Assembly (NCBI RefSeq): GCF_000012545.1
Contig: NC_007681.1
Span: forward strand, 90,001 to 122,000
DNA length: 32,000 bases
DNA from: Methanosphaera stadtmanae DSM 3091
GTDB lineage: Archaea > Methanobacteriota > Methanobacteria > Methanobacteriales > Methanobacteriaceae
Direction: 5' to 3'
The notes under the pieces were generated by a model. That model did not search any database. It was not told where the DNA came from and worked only from the letters and a program-made list of their open reading frames with translations. Positions 16,637 to 26,181 of the stretch are shown here, piece after piece (within the stretch, counting starts at the first letter, position 1; every line of letters begins with the position of its first letter). The translations under genes and the position numbers were made by a program.

Positions 16637-17143
16637 TTACTTATTCTTTAATTCATTAGGAATTATTTCATTTGAAGATGAAGATAAATACCCTTTATGT
16701 GATAATATGTTCTCAGTAGTGTCTGATGAATTAACAAAATCTATTAATCCTCTATTTCTAATAAGTGACACTCGTGGTTTAAGTATGGAGGACCATAAGA
16801 AAAATACTTTAAATACTGTATCTGGATGATAACCTCCACCTAAATCAACACATAATACATCTATTTTTTCATGAGTTTTTGAGAATTCATATATTAATTT
16901 CTTATCTCTAACATCTACATTAGAAAATTCAATATTTTTATATTCAATTTTAAGATTATTCATTGCCCTTGTACTTTCTGGACTGTTATCAAATGCATAT
17001 ACTGTTCCATCTTGACAAAGTCTAGATAATATTTTAGTAGAACATCCTACATGACATCCTAATTCTACCACATTATCAAGAAGTTTCACATATTTAATCA
17101 TATCTTCCTGATAGTTATTTCTCTTATAACTAATATGAATCAT
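16637..17143 (-). CDS. Small class I (Rossmann-fold) methyltransferase-like protein
   Basis: Motif I-like VVELGCHVGCSTKIL, acidic post-I AFDNS, and a motif IV-like VLCVDLGGG. Its start overlaps the upstream flavoprotein gene by 14 nt. Confidence 0.55.
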   Translation of the reverse strand: MIHISYKRNNYQEDMIKYVKLLDNVVELGCHVGCSTKILSRLCQDGTVYAFDNSPESTRAMNNLKIEYKNIEFSNVDVRDKKLIYEFSKTHEKIDVLCVDLGGGYHPDTVFKVFFLWSSILKPRVSLIRNRGLIDFVNSSDTTENILSHKGYLSSSSNEIIPNELKNK

Positions 17144-18371
17144 AATATTTATCTCTTATAGTTTTTGCAGCAAGTACTCCAGTTGAAAATGCTTTTTGAA
17201 GGTTATATCCACCACAAATACCACATCCTTCAACAAGTTCTCCAACTATGTATAAGTTTGGAACTATCTTTGATTCATATGTAGCAGGATTTATTTCCTT
17301 CTGTTTAACTCCACTATTTGTAACCATAGACTCGTTTTCAAGAACACTTGTTATGGTGAGTGTTGTTTTTTTAAGATTATCTCTTATTTTTATTCGTTCT
17401 TTTTTGGTTACCTGGTTTAATATCTTATTAGAATCTATTTTAATATTTTCTAGAAATACAATGGCCATATTTTTTGGAAGATACTTGTGAAGATATGTTT
17501 TTAAGGTTTTATTTGAATTATTACTAAAATCTTCCTGTAAGGTTTTATCTAATGATTCATATGAATAATCTGAAACAAAGTCAAGATTAATTATTACATC
17601 TTGATTTTTTCTAAGATGTTTTTCAACTATCATACTATTATCTAGTATAATAAATCCACTAAGTCCATTATGTGTGAAAATTATTGAACCAGAATCCTTT
17701 ACTATGGATTTCTTATTTGCCTTTATTTCAATTGAAACATAGTTAGTTATTCCCTGTAATTTTCTAGGCCATGTCTCTTCTACTTTTATTGGACATAATC
17801 CACCCATATTTTTAGGTTTTGTATGTCCAAGGGATGTTGTAAATACAATTCCATCACCATCAGATCCAGTTTTAGGATATGAAGTTCCACCAGTAGCAAG
17901 TATGAGGTTTTTTGATTGAATAACATTGTTGTTATATTTAATTTTAAATAATCCTTCATTATATGATATGGATGTTACATATGAATTAAGTCTATACTTT
18001 GTTGAGGTATTTTTAAGAATTTTAGTTAATGTATTAACCACATCACTTGCCTTGTCACTTACTGGAAATACTCGGTTATCTTCTTCAACCTTTGTATTAC
18101 AGCCATTATCTTTAAGTAATTGCCTAATATCTTCATTGAAAAATGTATTAAATGCATCAATATAATATTTTCCTGAATTATAGTATGATTTCATATACTC
18201 TTTTTTTGTGGCATTATTTGTTAGATTACATCTACCCCCACCTGTAAGAAGTATTTTTTTACCTAAAATATCATTTTTTTCAAGAATAATACTATTTTTA
18301 TCATCTAAATATATTCCAGATAAGATACCACTAGCACCTCCACCAACAATAACTGTGTTGTATGTTTTCAT
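17130..18371 (-). CDS. NAD(P)/FAD-dependent oxidoreductase, HI0933/YhiN/BaiN-like flavoprotein
   Basis: Dinucleotide motif VIVGGGASGILSG, family signature LTGGGRCNLTN, and C-terminal GELVEGCGICGGYNLQKAFSTG. Confidence 0.8.
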   Translation of the reverse strand: MKTYNTVIVGGGASGILSGIYLDDKNSIILEKNDILGKKILLTGGGRCNLTNNATKKEYMKSYYNSGKYYIDAFNTFFNEDIRQLLKDNGCNTKVEEDNRVFPVSDKASDVVNTLTKILKNTSTKYRLNSYVTSISYNEGLFKIKYNNNVIQSKNLILATGGTSYPKTGSDGDGIVFTTSLGHTKPKNMGGLCPIKVEETWPRKLQGITNYVSIEIKANKKSIVKDSGSIIFTHNGLSGFIILDNSMIVEKHLRKNQDVIINLDFVSDYSYESLDKTLQEDFSNNSNKTLKTYLHKYLPKNMAIVFLENIKIDSNKILNQVTKKERIKIRDNLKKTTLTITSVLENESMVTNSGVKQKEINPATYESKIVPNLYIVGELVEGCGICGGYNLQKAFSTGVLAAKTIRDKYYDSY

Positions 18372-18380
18372 ATTATCAGC

Positions 18381-18623
18381 CTAAGAATCATCTATTAGGT
18401 TGTACATTATTCTAAGGGAGTCAAGAAGTCCATGGGCATATGCAATACATGCAAATGATGTTAATTCATCATCTATTTTAAGATAATATTTTGTATCCTC
18501 ATAATATCTTTTTGCCATGTCTTTAACAAGCACTTCCTTTTGTGTTAAGTCGAGTTTTTCAACAGGTTCTATATTTTCTTCAAAAATTCTTAAATCTTTA
18601 TCTATACGTTCTTTTGGTTGCAT
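18381..18623 (-). CDS. Small helical conserved archaeal protein (DUF357-like, from memory)
   Basis: 80-aa ORF ending 9 nt upstream of the flavoprotein gene start. Segment YYEDTKYYL...DDELTSFACIAYAHGLLDSL resembles the DUF357 pattern. No search was run. Confidence 0.5.
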   Translation of the reverse strand: MQPKERIDKDLRIFEENIEPVEKLDLTQKEVLVKDMAKRYYEDTKYYLKIDDELTSFACIAYAHGLLDSLRIMYNLIDDS

Positions 18624-18685
18624 TTAATCAAATCCTAATATTATTCATATATAATATGTATTTATTCAAATTTAGTTTTCAATAT

Positions 18686-18722
18686 AAAAAAATAAGGAAA
18701 ATAATAGATAAGTGTATCTATT
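18686..18722 (-). terminator. Hairpin plus oligo-T tract downstream of the CDP-alcohol phosphatidyltransferase gene
   Basis: 7-bp inverted repeat AATAGAT/ATCTATT (18703-18709 / 18716-18722). On the minus-strand transcript it is followed by T4 and then T7 (rc of 18686-18692). Archaeal RNAP terminates at oligo-T. Confidence 0.4.
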
Positions 18723-18766
18723 GAATTATAGGTTGTTATATTGTTTTTATATGGTTGTTGAATTAC

Positions 18767-19342
18767 TTAATTTAGTCGTATCCATACATGATGTATTCTC
18801 TGGAAAACTGTAATGTAACTTAGTATTGTAAGTACTGCAATTGTTAAAAACATCATGTTATGTGAACCACCAAGTATTGCTGCAATTATTGAACCAACAA
18901 CTATGATAAGTAATCTTTCAGCTCTTTCTGCTATTCCTACAGAACATTTTATTCCTTCACTTTCTGCACGTGATCTAATATAACTTACAGTTAATGAGGA
19001 ATGTATTGCTAAAGCTCCAAGAATAGGATCAGTATAACCACTATACATTAATCCAATAATAATAGCTGCATCTGCGAAACGATCACAGGTAGAATCTAAA
19101 AATCCTCCAAATCGTGTTCTACAATGTTGTGAACGTGCAATAGCTCCATCAATCATGTCACACATTCCACTAATAATTATAAAAATAGCTCCGGCAACTA
19201 AGTTACCTGATGCAAAGAGCCCTCCTGCAAAAAAACTAATGAATAAACCTATTAATGTCACAATGTTTGGATTTAATGGTATTTTCTTACCTATTTTTCC
19301 TGTTATTTCATTAGCTTGTGGTCGTATTTTATTATTTAGCAT
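18767..19342 (-). CDS. CDP-alcohol phosphatidyltransferase, probably archaetidylinositol-phosphate synthase type
   Basis: Canonical D-x2-DG-x2-AR-x8-G-x3-D-x3-D motif: CDMIDGAIARSQHCRTRFGGFLDSTCDRFADAA. About 6 TM helices and 191 aa. The head-group specificity (inositol-P versus serine or glycerol-P) is inferred only from size. Confidence 0.8.
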   Translation of the reverse strand: MLNNKIRPQANEITGKIGKKIPLNPNIVTLIGLFISFFAGGLFASGNLVAGAIFIIISGMCDMIDGAIARSQHCRTRFGGFLDSTCDRFADAAIIIGLMYSGYTDPILGALAIHSSLTVSYIRSRAESEGIKCSVGIAERAERLLIIVVGSIIAAILGGSHNMMFLTIAVLTILSYITVFQRIHHVWIRLN

Positions 19343-19390
19343 AGTATTCTATTTATAATTAGGATTATATATAAGTATATAAAATGGTAG

Positions 19391-20017
19391 ATGGAAATGG
19401 TGTATATAGTAGATAATCCTAATAAAAATGAATTAAATAAGATTCGTTCTATGTTAGGACAAGGAAAATTAGTAGTTTATCCTACAGACACAATTTATGG
19501 AATTGGTGTAGACATAAATAACATTGATGCCGTGAAAAAAGTGTATATGACTAAGAAAAGATCGTATGATAAGCCTATTTCTATATGTTTACATGATATA
19601 ACACAAGTAAAAGAAGTAGCAATAGTAACAGATGAAATAGAACATATAATAAATGAATTACTACCTGGACCATACACCTTACTTCTTAGAAAAAAAAGTA
19701 ATATACCAGATATACTAACAGCAAATACAAATATTATTGGAATAAGAATACCTGATAATAAAATAACACATAGTCTAACAAAGGATTTTCCAATCACAAG
19801 TACAAGTGCTAATCTTTCAAATATTCAAACACCAGACAACATAACAGATATAAAAAAACAGTTAGGTGATAATATTGATATTTACATAGACTGTGGTAAA
19901 AAAATAAAGAATCAACCATCAACAATAATAGACCTAACACAACAAAACCCTAAAATAATAAGACAACATAAGAATAATGAATTAATAAATAAAATATTGA
20001 AAATTGATTTATATTAA
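19391..20017 (+). CDS. tsaC: L-threonylcarbamoyladenylate synthase, short YrdC/TsaC-type (no C-terminal Sua5 domain)
   Basis: Family blocks are VVYPTDTIYGIGVD, KKRSYDKPISICL, GPYTLLL, IGIRIPD, ITSTSANLS and PSTIIDLT. Confidence 0.88.
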   Translation: MEMVYIVDNPNKNELNKIRSMLGQGKLVVYPTDTIYGIGVDINNIDAVKKVYMTKKRSYDKPISICLHDITQVKEVAIVTDEIEHIINELLPGPYTLLLRKKSNIPDILTANTNIIGIRIPDNKITHSLTKDFPITSTSANLSNIQTPDNITDIKKQLGDNIDIYIDCGKKIKNQPSTIIDLTQQNPKIIRQHKNNELINKILKIDLY

Positions 20018-20052
20018 TTATAATTATAATTAAAGTAGAGGAAGTGTATTAT

Positions 20053-20358
20053 ATGACATTTACTGATAAGAGAGGAAATAAGATAGAACTTGGTTCATAT
20101 ATAATCTATGCTAATACTGGAACAATTGGTGAAGTTTTAGATATGAAAACTGATGATGATGGTTCATGGGTATTAATACAAGTTGATGAATTAACAAGAC
20201 TATGGTACAATACACAATACATAGAACTAACAGATAAAAAATATTCACGAAAAATAAAAGAAGAAAAAGATAAGGAATTATCTGTTGATGATATTAAAAA
20301 ACAAATAGATGAACATATATCAGCAGAGTTAGGGGATGATGCTGTTGGAGGAGGATAA
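20053..20358 (+). CDS. Hypothetical small protein with an N-terminal beta-barrel-like (SH3/KOW-like) domain and a charged tail
   Basis: The track starts at GTG 20044. I prefer ATG 20053 because the GAGGA RBS (20038-20042) is 10 nt upstream of it. The sequence GSYIIYANTGTIGEVLDMKTDDDGSWVLIQVDELTRLWYNTQYIEL is followed by a K/E-rich tail. Confidence 0.55.
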   Translation: MTFTDKRGNKIELGSYIIYANTGTIGEVLDMKTDDDGSWVLIQVDELTRLWYNTQYIELTDKKYSRKIKEEKDKELSVDDIKKQIDEHISAELGDDAVGGG

Positions 20359-20368
20359 TCCTCTAACA

Positions 20369-20725
20369 TCATAATAAATTCTTTTTAAGCTTTAATTCTA
20401 TTTTTTCTTTCTTAGTTTCATAGTCCTTATTTACAAGGCGTATCTTATTATCTATCTTTCTATTTAATTTATATAATTCAACATCAACTGAATGGTATGT
20501 TTTATTATAATTTGACTGAAATCTAGAATCTATTTTATCCTTGGAATTAATTAAATTATGGTATGTATCACTAAGTGAATGTTTATCAATTATGTTATCA
20601 ATTTTATAGTCATCATTCTTTAATTTTTGATTTAGATTTTTTACTCCTTTTTTTATGAGTTCATTCTTTATTTGTTCACTTTTTTTTATTTTCTCATTAA
20701 GAATATTATAAACCATAATAATCAC
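20369..20725 (-). CDS. Hypothetical K/N-rich coiled-coil protein
   Basis: 118-aa ORF, last gene of the hel308 transcription unit (24-nt gap). Heptad-like K/E/N/L composition and no recognisable domain. Confidence 0.45.
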   Translation of the reverse strand: MIIMVYNILNEKIKKSEQIKNELIKKGVKNLNQKLKNDDYKIDNIIDKHSLSDTYHNLINSKDKIDSRFQSNYNKTYHSVDVELYKLNRKIDNKIRLVNKDYETKKEKIELKLKKNLL

Positions 20726-20749
20726 ATATCCTATTTACCTAAGACTTAT

Positions 20750-21235
20750 TTATATATCAGTTTCTTTTGCAACACAATACCTACACAATGCTTTATCATT
20801 ATCTATATGATATCTTTTAATGGGACAATAATAATTCTCTCCATCAGTATAAATACTTTGCATTCCTGGAAACTCAGTACCAGGCAGATGAATAGGTTCT
20901 CTTTTAAGATAGGTAGCATACACTACAATTACATTCAATGCATCTGTAAGTCTGTTATTGGTTTTTGTAAGAATCTTATTAATTTCACTGGCTTCTTTTT
21001 TTGTAACTTCACCTTCGAAGTTTTCTTGTGTATTTTTTAGAGAATTAAATCTATTGATTATAACATTAAGTACAGATTCAATATATTTCTTTTTATATTC
21101 TCTGGGAAGATATTTAGTATCTTCATTAAATTCAAATGATAAATCATATAATTCCTGAAGAGTAACTTCTCTTATTTTTTCCTTTAATATTTCTTTTAAT
21201 GTGTTATATTTCATATTCTCACAAACACAAGACAT
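20750..21235 (-). CDS. Hypothetical protein, UPF0305/DUF2115-like (from memory), with C-terminal Cys motif
   Basis: 161-aa ORF starting 5 nt after the hel308 stop. The C-terminus YYCPIKRYHIDNDKALCRYCVAKE has a C...C-x2-C arrangement. The alternative start is ATG 21214. Confidence 0.55.
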   Translation of the reverse strand: MSCVCENMKYNTLKEILKEKIREVTLQELYDLSFEFNEDTKYLPREYKKKYIESVLNVIINRFNSLKNTQENFEGEVTKKEASEINKILTKTNNRLTDALNVIVVYATYLKREPIHLPGTEFPGMQSIYTDGENYYCPIKRYHIDNDKALCRYCVAKETDI

Positions 21236-21240
21236 ACTAT

Positions 21241-23325
21241 CTACTCCATATTATTATAGAATTCTATAATATTTCTAGCAGTAACTTCACCAATACCATC
21301 AATACGTGTTAATTCAGTTATTTTAACATCATTTAAATTATTACCAAATATATCTACAACTTTACGTGCACGTTGACGACCTAAACGTTTAACTCCAGTA
21401 ACAAGTGGTAATAAATCCTTTTTAACACCATAGTATAATCTGGAACTTAACTTATCAATTTCATTTAAATGTTTATATTTTCCAAGAACATCACAAATAT
21501 TATAGAAGTATTTAACAAGACTTGAAGCCTCATAACTAGCACGTCTAGTTGATGCTGCATATACTTTTAAATAATTTTCAATTTCATATTCTTTCCTTTC
21601 ATTAATCCATTCAAGTAAACTAGCTGCTGTAGCTTCATTATTTGATATGAAAGTAACAAAAACTCCTTTACTTGTGAGAACTTCCTTGATATTATCCTTA
21701 TTAGCCCTGAATTTCGTGTTAATTTTAGGTAGATCTGATGTTTTAGATATTTCATATATGAGATTTGCAACACTAAATTCCTCATCAATCATATTAGCAT
21801 AATCTTTTAATTTAACAGCAGTTTTCACTGCATAATTACTTCTTGATATTAAACTACCAAGGGGTGTTGTTTGAAATCCTGAAGGAGTTAATCTTATAAT
21901 ACCATTTTGTATAAGATATTCAAGAGCACTTGAAATTTCATATTTTATAGTCTCCCCTGAAAATCCAAAACTCATATCATTATAAGTGTGTGATATTTGA
22001 AATCCATAGAATGTTTTATTAAAGAAATCTATTAAATCATCCATATCCTTTGCAAATCCACTTGAAATCTGGGTAATTATCTGTTTTAAAACAGCATCTT
22101 CATTATCAATTAATTTAGAATTTGTTACTTCTATGTCTCCATGAACATAGTATTCATCAAGATTAAATGCTTCATCATATGTTTTTGCAAGAAGATAGGA
22201 GTATCCTTCTGTATCAAATCCTGGACGTCCTGCTCTTCCAGACATTTGTTCATAATCAAATACTGGTATGTTTGTCTGTCCCTGTTCTGTCCATCTAGTA
22301 TAATCACGTATTACAACATTTTTTGATGGTAAGTTAACACCATACATTAAACTAGGGGTTGCTGTTATCATTAGAAGATTACCATTTATAAATTCTTCCT
22401 CAATAATTTCCTTTTGTTTATCAAAGAGTCCTGCATGATGAAATGCAATTCCATTTCTTATACATTCTGCTAACTTATAACATACTTCTGTAGGCTGTGA
22501 ATTCTTTTTTATTGAAACATTTAACACATCTTCTGCAATGGAATTAAAAATTTCCTTTTTACCATCAGGTATATGTTTTGCTATTTTTTTAGACATATTC
22601 TGGGCAAGTGATTCTGTAAATCTACGTGTTGATACAAATGTTAACATTTGAGATGAATCATTAAGTGAATCATTAAGTATCTTAAATACTATGTTGTTTT
22701 TATCACTAGTTCCAAATTCCTCAGCACATAAAACTTCTTTGTGTAGGGGTACAGGTCTATAATCATGAACTACAACGTTTGCATCTAGCCAGTGAGAAAT
22801 TTCTTCCATATTTTTAAGTGTTGCAGATAATGCAATGATTCTCATACTCTTATTATTTTCTTTTAGTCTTGTAATTGCACATTCAAGTGTAGGTCCTCTA
22901 CTATAATCTCCAATCATGTGAAATTCATCAATTATTACTAAATCAATTTCATTAAGAGTATTTCTTGAAAATCTAGTCAAAGCATCAAATGATTCAAAAA
23001 CCATAACTGCAATATCACATCTAGATGGATGTTTACCTACTTTAAATCCAAATTCCTCAAATACCTTAAATTCCTTATATTTCTCATTTTGTAGAGATAG
23101 TAGTGGTACTGAATATACTACTTTACCACCATGTAGTAGTACTTTCAGTGCTGCCAGTACACCAAGAACAGTTTTTCCACTAGCGGTAGGTATTGATATA
23201 ATATAATTATCATTATTTTCAAGATAACCTGAATCTATCACAGCCTTCTGTGCAGGATTATACTCCTTTATGTATGGATAACATTTATTCATTATTTCTT
23301 CAATATTAGAATCTATTTTGCTCAT
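21241..23325 (-). CDS. hel308: ATP-dependent DNA helicase Hel308 (Ski2-like SF2 helicase)
   Basis: Walker A PTASGKT, Walker B IIDEFH, motif III SATL, HHAGL, motif VI QMSGRAGRPGFD, and a C-terminal helix-hairpin-helix LTRIDGIGEVTARNIIEFY. The 694-aa length is typical of archaeal Hel308/Hjm. An AGGGTGA RBS lies upstream. Confidence 0.9.
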   Translation of the reverse strand: MSKIDSNIEEIMNKCYPYIKEYNPAQKAVIDSGYLENNDNYIISIPTASGKTVLGVLAALKVLLHGGKVVYSVPLLSLQNEKYKEFKVFEEFGFKVGKHPSRCDIAVMVFESFDALTRFSRNTLNEIDLVIIDEFHMIGDYSRGPTLECAITRLKENNKSMRIIALSATLKNMEEISHWLDANVVVHDYRPVPLHKEVLCAEEFGTSDKNNIVFKILNDSLNDSSQMLTFVSTRRFTESLAQNMSKKIAKHIPDGKKEIFNSIAEDVLNVSIKKNSQPTEVCYKLAECIRNGIAFHHAGLFDKQKEIIEEEFINGNLLMITATPSLMYGVNLPSKNVVIRDYTRWTEQGQTNIPVFDYEQMSGRAGRPGFDTEGYSYLLAKTYDEAFNLDEYYVHGDIEVTNSKLIDNEDAVLKQIITQISSGFAKDMDDLIDFFNKTFYGFQISHTYNDMSFGFSGETIKYEISSALEYLIQNGIIRLTPSGFQTTPLGSLISRSNYAVKTAVKLKDYANMIDEEFSVANLIYEISKTSDLPKINTKFRANKDNIKEVLTSKGVFVTFISNNEATAASLLEWINERKEYEIENYLKVYAASTRRASYEASSLVKYFYNICDVLGKYKHLNEIDKLSSRLYYGVKKDLLPLVTGVKRLGRQRARKVVDIFGNNLNDVKITELTRIDGIGEVTARNIIEFYNNME

Positions 23326-23357
23326 CTATTCACCCTATTTATATTATTATGAAATGC

Positions 23358-24419
23358 TCAATTTATGTATGGAATTTTCATTTGACTATAATCTCTTTCT
23401 ATAGTTTTTCGTGCATTTTTACCTAAAGTGTTTCTTTTATCTTCATCATCTACTAATTTGTCAATAGCATTAGCTAACTTCTCATAATCTGCTACTGGTA
23501 CTATTACTCCATTTTCATTGTTTGTTATGATACTTTGAATGTTACCTGTGTCTGTAGCAATTAATGGTTTTTGACAAGACATACTCTCAAGAGCCACAAT
23601 ACTTGCTCCTTCAGATATGGATGGAAGTACCATGATATCAGATTCAGGTATTATTTTCTCAGGAATATTTGTTTTTCCCATAAGATATATGTCTTTAATG
23701 TTATGCTGGTTGATATATTCTTTTAATTCTTCTTTTTTAGGTCCATCTCCATATATTAGGAGAACATATTCTGTTTTTGATATTTCTTTAGCTTTTAAAA
23801 GGTATTTTAATCCCTTTTGTACCACAAGATTTCCTATAAACATCACCAATGGCTTTTTGTATTTAGTGTATAGTTTTTTTTTATCATCACTTATTGGCTT
23901 AAATTTATTTGTATCTACTGTATTTGGTGTTATATGGGATTTTTCTATAAGTCCTTCTATATTTAAGGCTAATGCTTTTTTTTGTAACTTTTCACTTACA
24001 AAATACACATTATCTAAGTGTTTTAGAGTATATTTTATAAGGGGTTTTGTAAAAATCTTACTTGGTAATATATTAATATCAGATCCATGTGCAGTTGCAA
24101 CGATTTTTACATCCTTATGAATTAATGTGGCAACAAATGCCTGTGGAAGAAGATAATTTGCATGTATTATATCGATATTATATTTATCAACAATTTTATT
24201 TAAGATAAAATAACTTGAAATAATAAAACTAATTCCTCGAAGTAGGGGAATGTTAATTGTTTTAGCCTCAAAAACATTATCTTTTCTGGAACAATCACTA
24301 GAATAAGTTAAAACATAGACGTTATGTCCCTTATTTGTGAGAGTATCTTCTAATTGTTTAGTATATGTGGCAACACCACCTACTTGTGGAGGATATTGGC
24401 CAATAATACAAATATTCAT
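23358..24419 (-). CDS. GT-B fold glycosyltransferase, CAZy GT4-like (Glycos_transf_1)
   Basis: N-terminal GQYPPQVGGVATY and the C-terminal E-x7-E region PSISEGASIVALESMSCQKPLIATDTGN. Confidence 0.85.
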   Translation of the reverse strand: MNICIIGQYPPQVGGVATYTKQLEDTLTNKGHNVYVLTYSSDCSRKDNVFEAKTINIPLLRGISFIISSYFILNKIVDKYNIDIIHANYLLPQAFVATLIHKDVKIVATAHGSDINILPSKIFTKPLIKYTLKHLDNVYFVSEKLQKKALALNIEGLIEKSHITPNTVDTNKFKPISDDKKKLYTKYKKPLVMFIGNLVVQKGLKYLLKAKEISKTEYVLLIYGDGPKKEELKEYINQHNIKDIYLMGKTNIPEKIIPESDIMVLPSISEGASIVALESMSCQKPLIATDTGNIQSIITNNENGVIVPVADYEKLANAIDKLVDDEDKRNTLGKNARKTIERDYSQMKIPYIN

Positions 24420-24423
24420 GGAA

Positions 24424-25572
24424 TCACTTTTTATTAAATGGGATGTTTTGTATGTGACTTGGCGTTAATATTTCACCATTCATTTTCACAATAACAGCAT
24501 GAAACTTTATACCTTCATATTTAAGACTACATAATTCAACAATCTTATTAGCAATTAATTCAAAAACCTCTGTTGTAATGTTATTTTCATCTAAAATCTT
24601 TATAACATCCTCTGTTGTAATACAATTATATATATCATGTAATGTTTTCTTATTAGCACCTACAAGTCCTGCATATGCAGTCATAATCTCACGTCTTGCA
24701 TCTGCAACACTTTGCTTGGTGTTAAATATTCCAGCAGCGATTTTAATTAACTTTCCTGCATGACCAAATAAGGTTATACTTCGTATTTTTCCAGTTTTAT
24801 GGGCTTCTTCAAGCATATAACCTACAAAGTTACTCATCTCAATAATTTCATCCTCATCTAGTACTAATTTTTCCTTTGCAATTCTTGTTCCAATATTTCC
24901 TGGAACAAAAAGTAGATCTTTATATCCATTAGCAAGAGCAACATCTATTTGTACTCTTAAAGAGTCAGTATATGCCTTTGAAGACATTGGTCTTGCAATA
25001 CCTGTAGTTCCAAGTATGGAAATTCCATCTATAATACCTAATCTACTGTTCATGGTTTTTGGAGCTATTTTCTTACCTTCAGGTATTATGATTTTAATTA
25101 TTGCACCATTATCTTCAGGTAAATATTTCATTATATTTTCCTTAATCATCTTACGTGGTACTGGATTTATTGCATACTCTCCCACTGGAATTTGTAGTCC
25201 TGGTTTTGTAACACGTCCAACACCATCTCCTCCAGTAATTTCTATAACACCACTATTATTAGTTAATGTAACTTCAGAAATAATTTCCATACCTCTTGTT
25301 ACATCAGGATCATTATAATTTGGTTTTTTAACAATAGCCCTTGCAGTGTTATTATCAATAAAAGAAGTATCTTCTATTTCAACAGTTAACGTAGTTGTTG
25401 GTGCTGTTATTTTAACAATATCTGGAGCCTTATCAACAAGCTTAAGTAGAGCTGCTACACTTGCAGCTGTAGCCACACTTCCTGTTGTAATTCCAGACTT
25501 TTGACTTGAATTTTCATGAACTTCTATTTTTAATCCCCCATTAATTGAAGTGAGTTTTAAATTCATAAGCAC
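24424..25572 (-). CDS. cbiD: Cobalt-precorrin-5B C1-methyltransferase CbiD
   Basis: GITTGSVATAASVAAL near the N-terminus, plus GISILGTTGIARPMS and FVPGNIG blocks characteristic of CbiD. Only 4 nt separate it from the downstream glycosyltransferase gene. Confidence 0.88.
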   Translation of the reverse strand: MLMNLKLTSINGGLKIEVHENSSQKSGITTGSVATAASVAALLKLVDKAPDIVKITAPTTTLTVEIEDTSFIDNNTARAIVKKPNYNDPDVTRGMEIISEVTLTNNSGVIEITGGDGVGRVTKPGLQIPVGEYAINPVPRKMIKENIMKYLPEDNGAIIKIIIPEGKKIAPKTMNSRLGIIDGISILGTTGIARPMSSKAYTDSLRVQIDVALANGYKDLLFVPGNIGTRIAKEKLVLDEDEIIEMSNFVGYMLEEAHKTGKIRSITLFGHAGKLIKIAAGIFNTKQSVADARREIMTAYAGLVGANKKTLHDIYNCITTEDVIKILDENNITTEVFELIANKIVELCSLKYEGIKFHAVIVKMNGEILTPSHIQNIPFNKK

Positions 25573-25729
25573 TCTTATAGTATTATTATATATTATATAA
25601 TATCTAACATTTTTTTCTATTATTAGGGAAATTTTTTTTAGAGGACAATTTTTTTTTTAAATATGTAAAACTAGATTATTTTAAAAAAAGATTTTGAGGT
25701 TTTAAAAAAGAAAAATAAAGAAGTATCAT

Positions 25730-25984
25730 TTATAATTTTTCTTTTAATTTTTCAACTAATTCTTCTGTAGAAGGAGCACCAATAAATGCAACTTCTCCAT
25801 CAATTACAACAGTAGGAACAGACATTATAGTGTATTCTTGAACTTTATCCATATTTTCATTAACATCTAAATGTTCATAATCTACAACATCTCCTAATTC
25901 TTTAACAGCTTCTTCTGCAGCAGCTACTGCCATAGGACAGTATGGACATGAAAGTGATGTAAATACTTCTAATTTTATAGTCAT
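25730..25984 (-). CDS. Small thioredoxin/glutaredoxin-like redox protein
   Basis: 84 aa with a CPYCP active site at the N-terminus of helix 1 and a cis-Pro region SVPTVVIDG. It resembles the small methanogen thioredoxins (MJ0307/MTH895 type). T-rich tracts follow the stop on the minus strand. Confidence 0.85.
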   Translation of the reverse strand: MTIKLEVFTSLSCPYCPMAVAAAEEAVKELGDVVDYEHLDVNENMDKVQEYTIMSVPTVVIDGEVAFIGAPSTEELVEKLKEKL

Positions 25985-26181
25985 TTTTTATATCTCCATT
26001 TATCTTTTACTTATTATCATGATATGTGTTAATATTTATATATTTTTATTTTTTTTTAAATAGAATATATTTTTTCTTTAGTCTTTAAAATAGAGGAAAT
26101 TTGTGTAAATATTTTCTATAATAAAATTAATAACTTAAAATAATCAATAGATTATAATATATATTAAATTTTAGTGATACT

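Noticed and set aside
20351-20363. A mini-hairpin GAGGA-taa-TCCTC spans the stop codon of the 20053-20358 gene in the 10-nt convergent spacer.
   Set aside because: A 5-bp stem with a 3-nt loop is too small to argue for function on sequence alone. It is noted only as a possible weak 3'-end structure.
23358-25572. I considered whether cbiD, tightly coupled (4-nt gap) to a GT4 glycosyltransferase and then hel308, forms a functional module.
   Set aside because: Corrin methylation, glycosyl transfer and DNA helicase activity have no plausible shared pathway. Tight packing of unrelated genes is the norm throughout this window, so the adjacency alone carries no functional signal.
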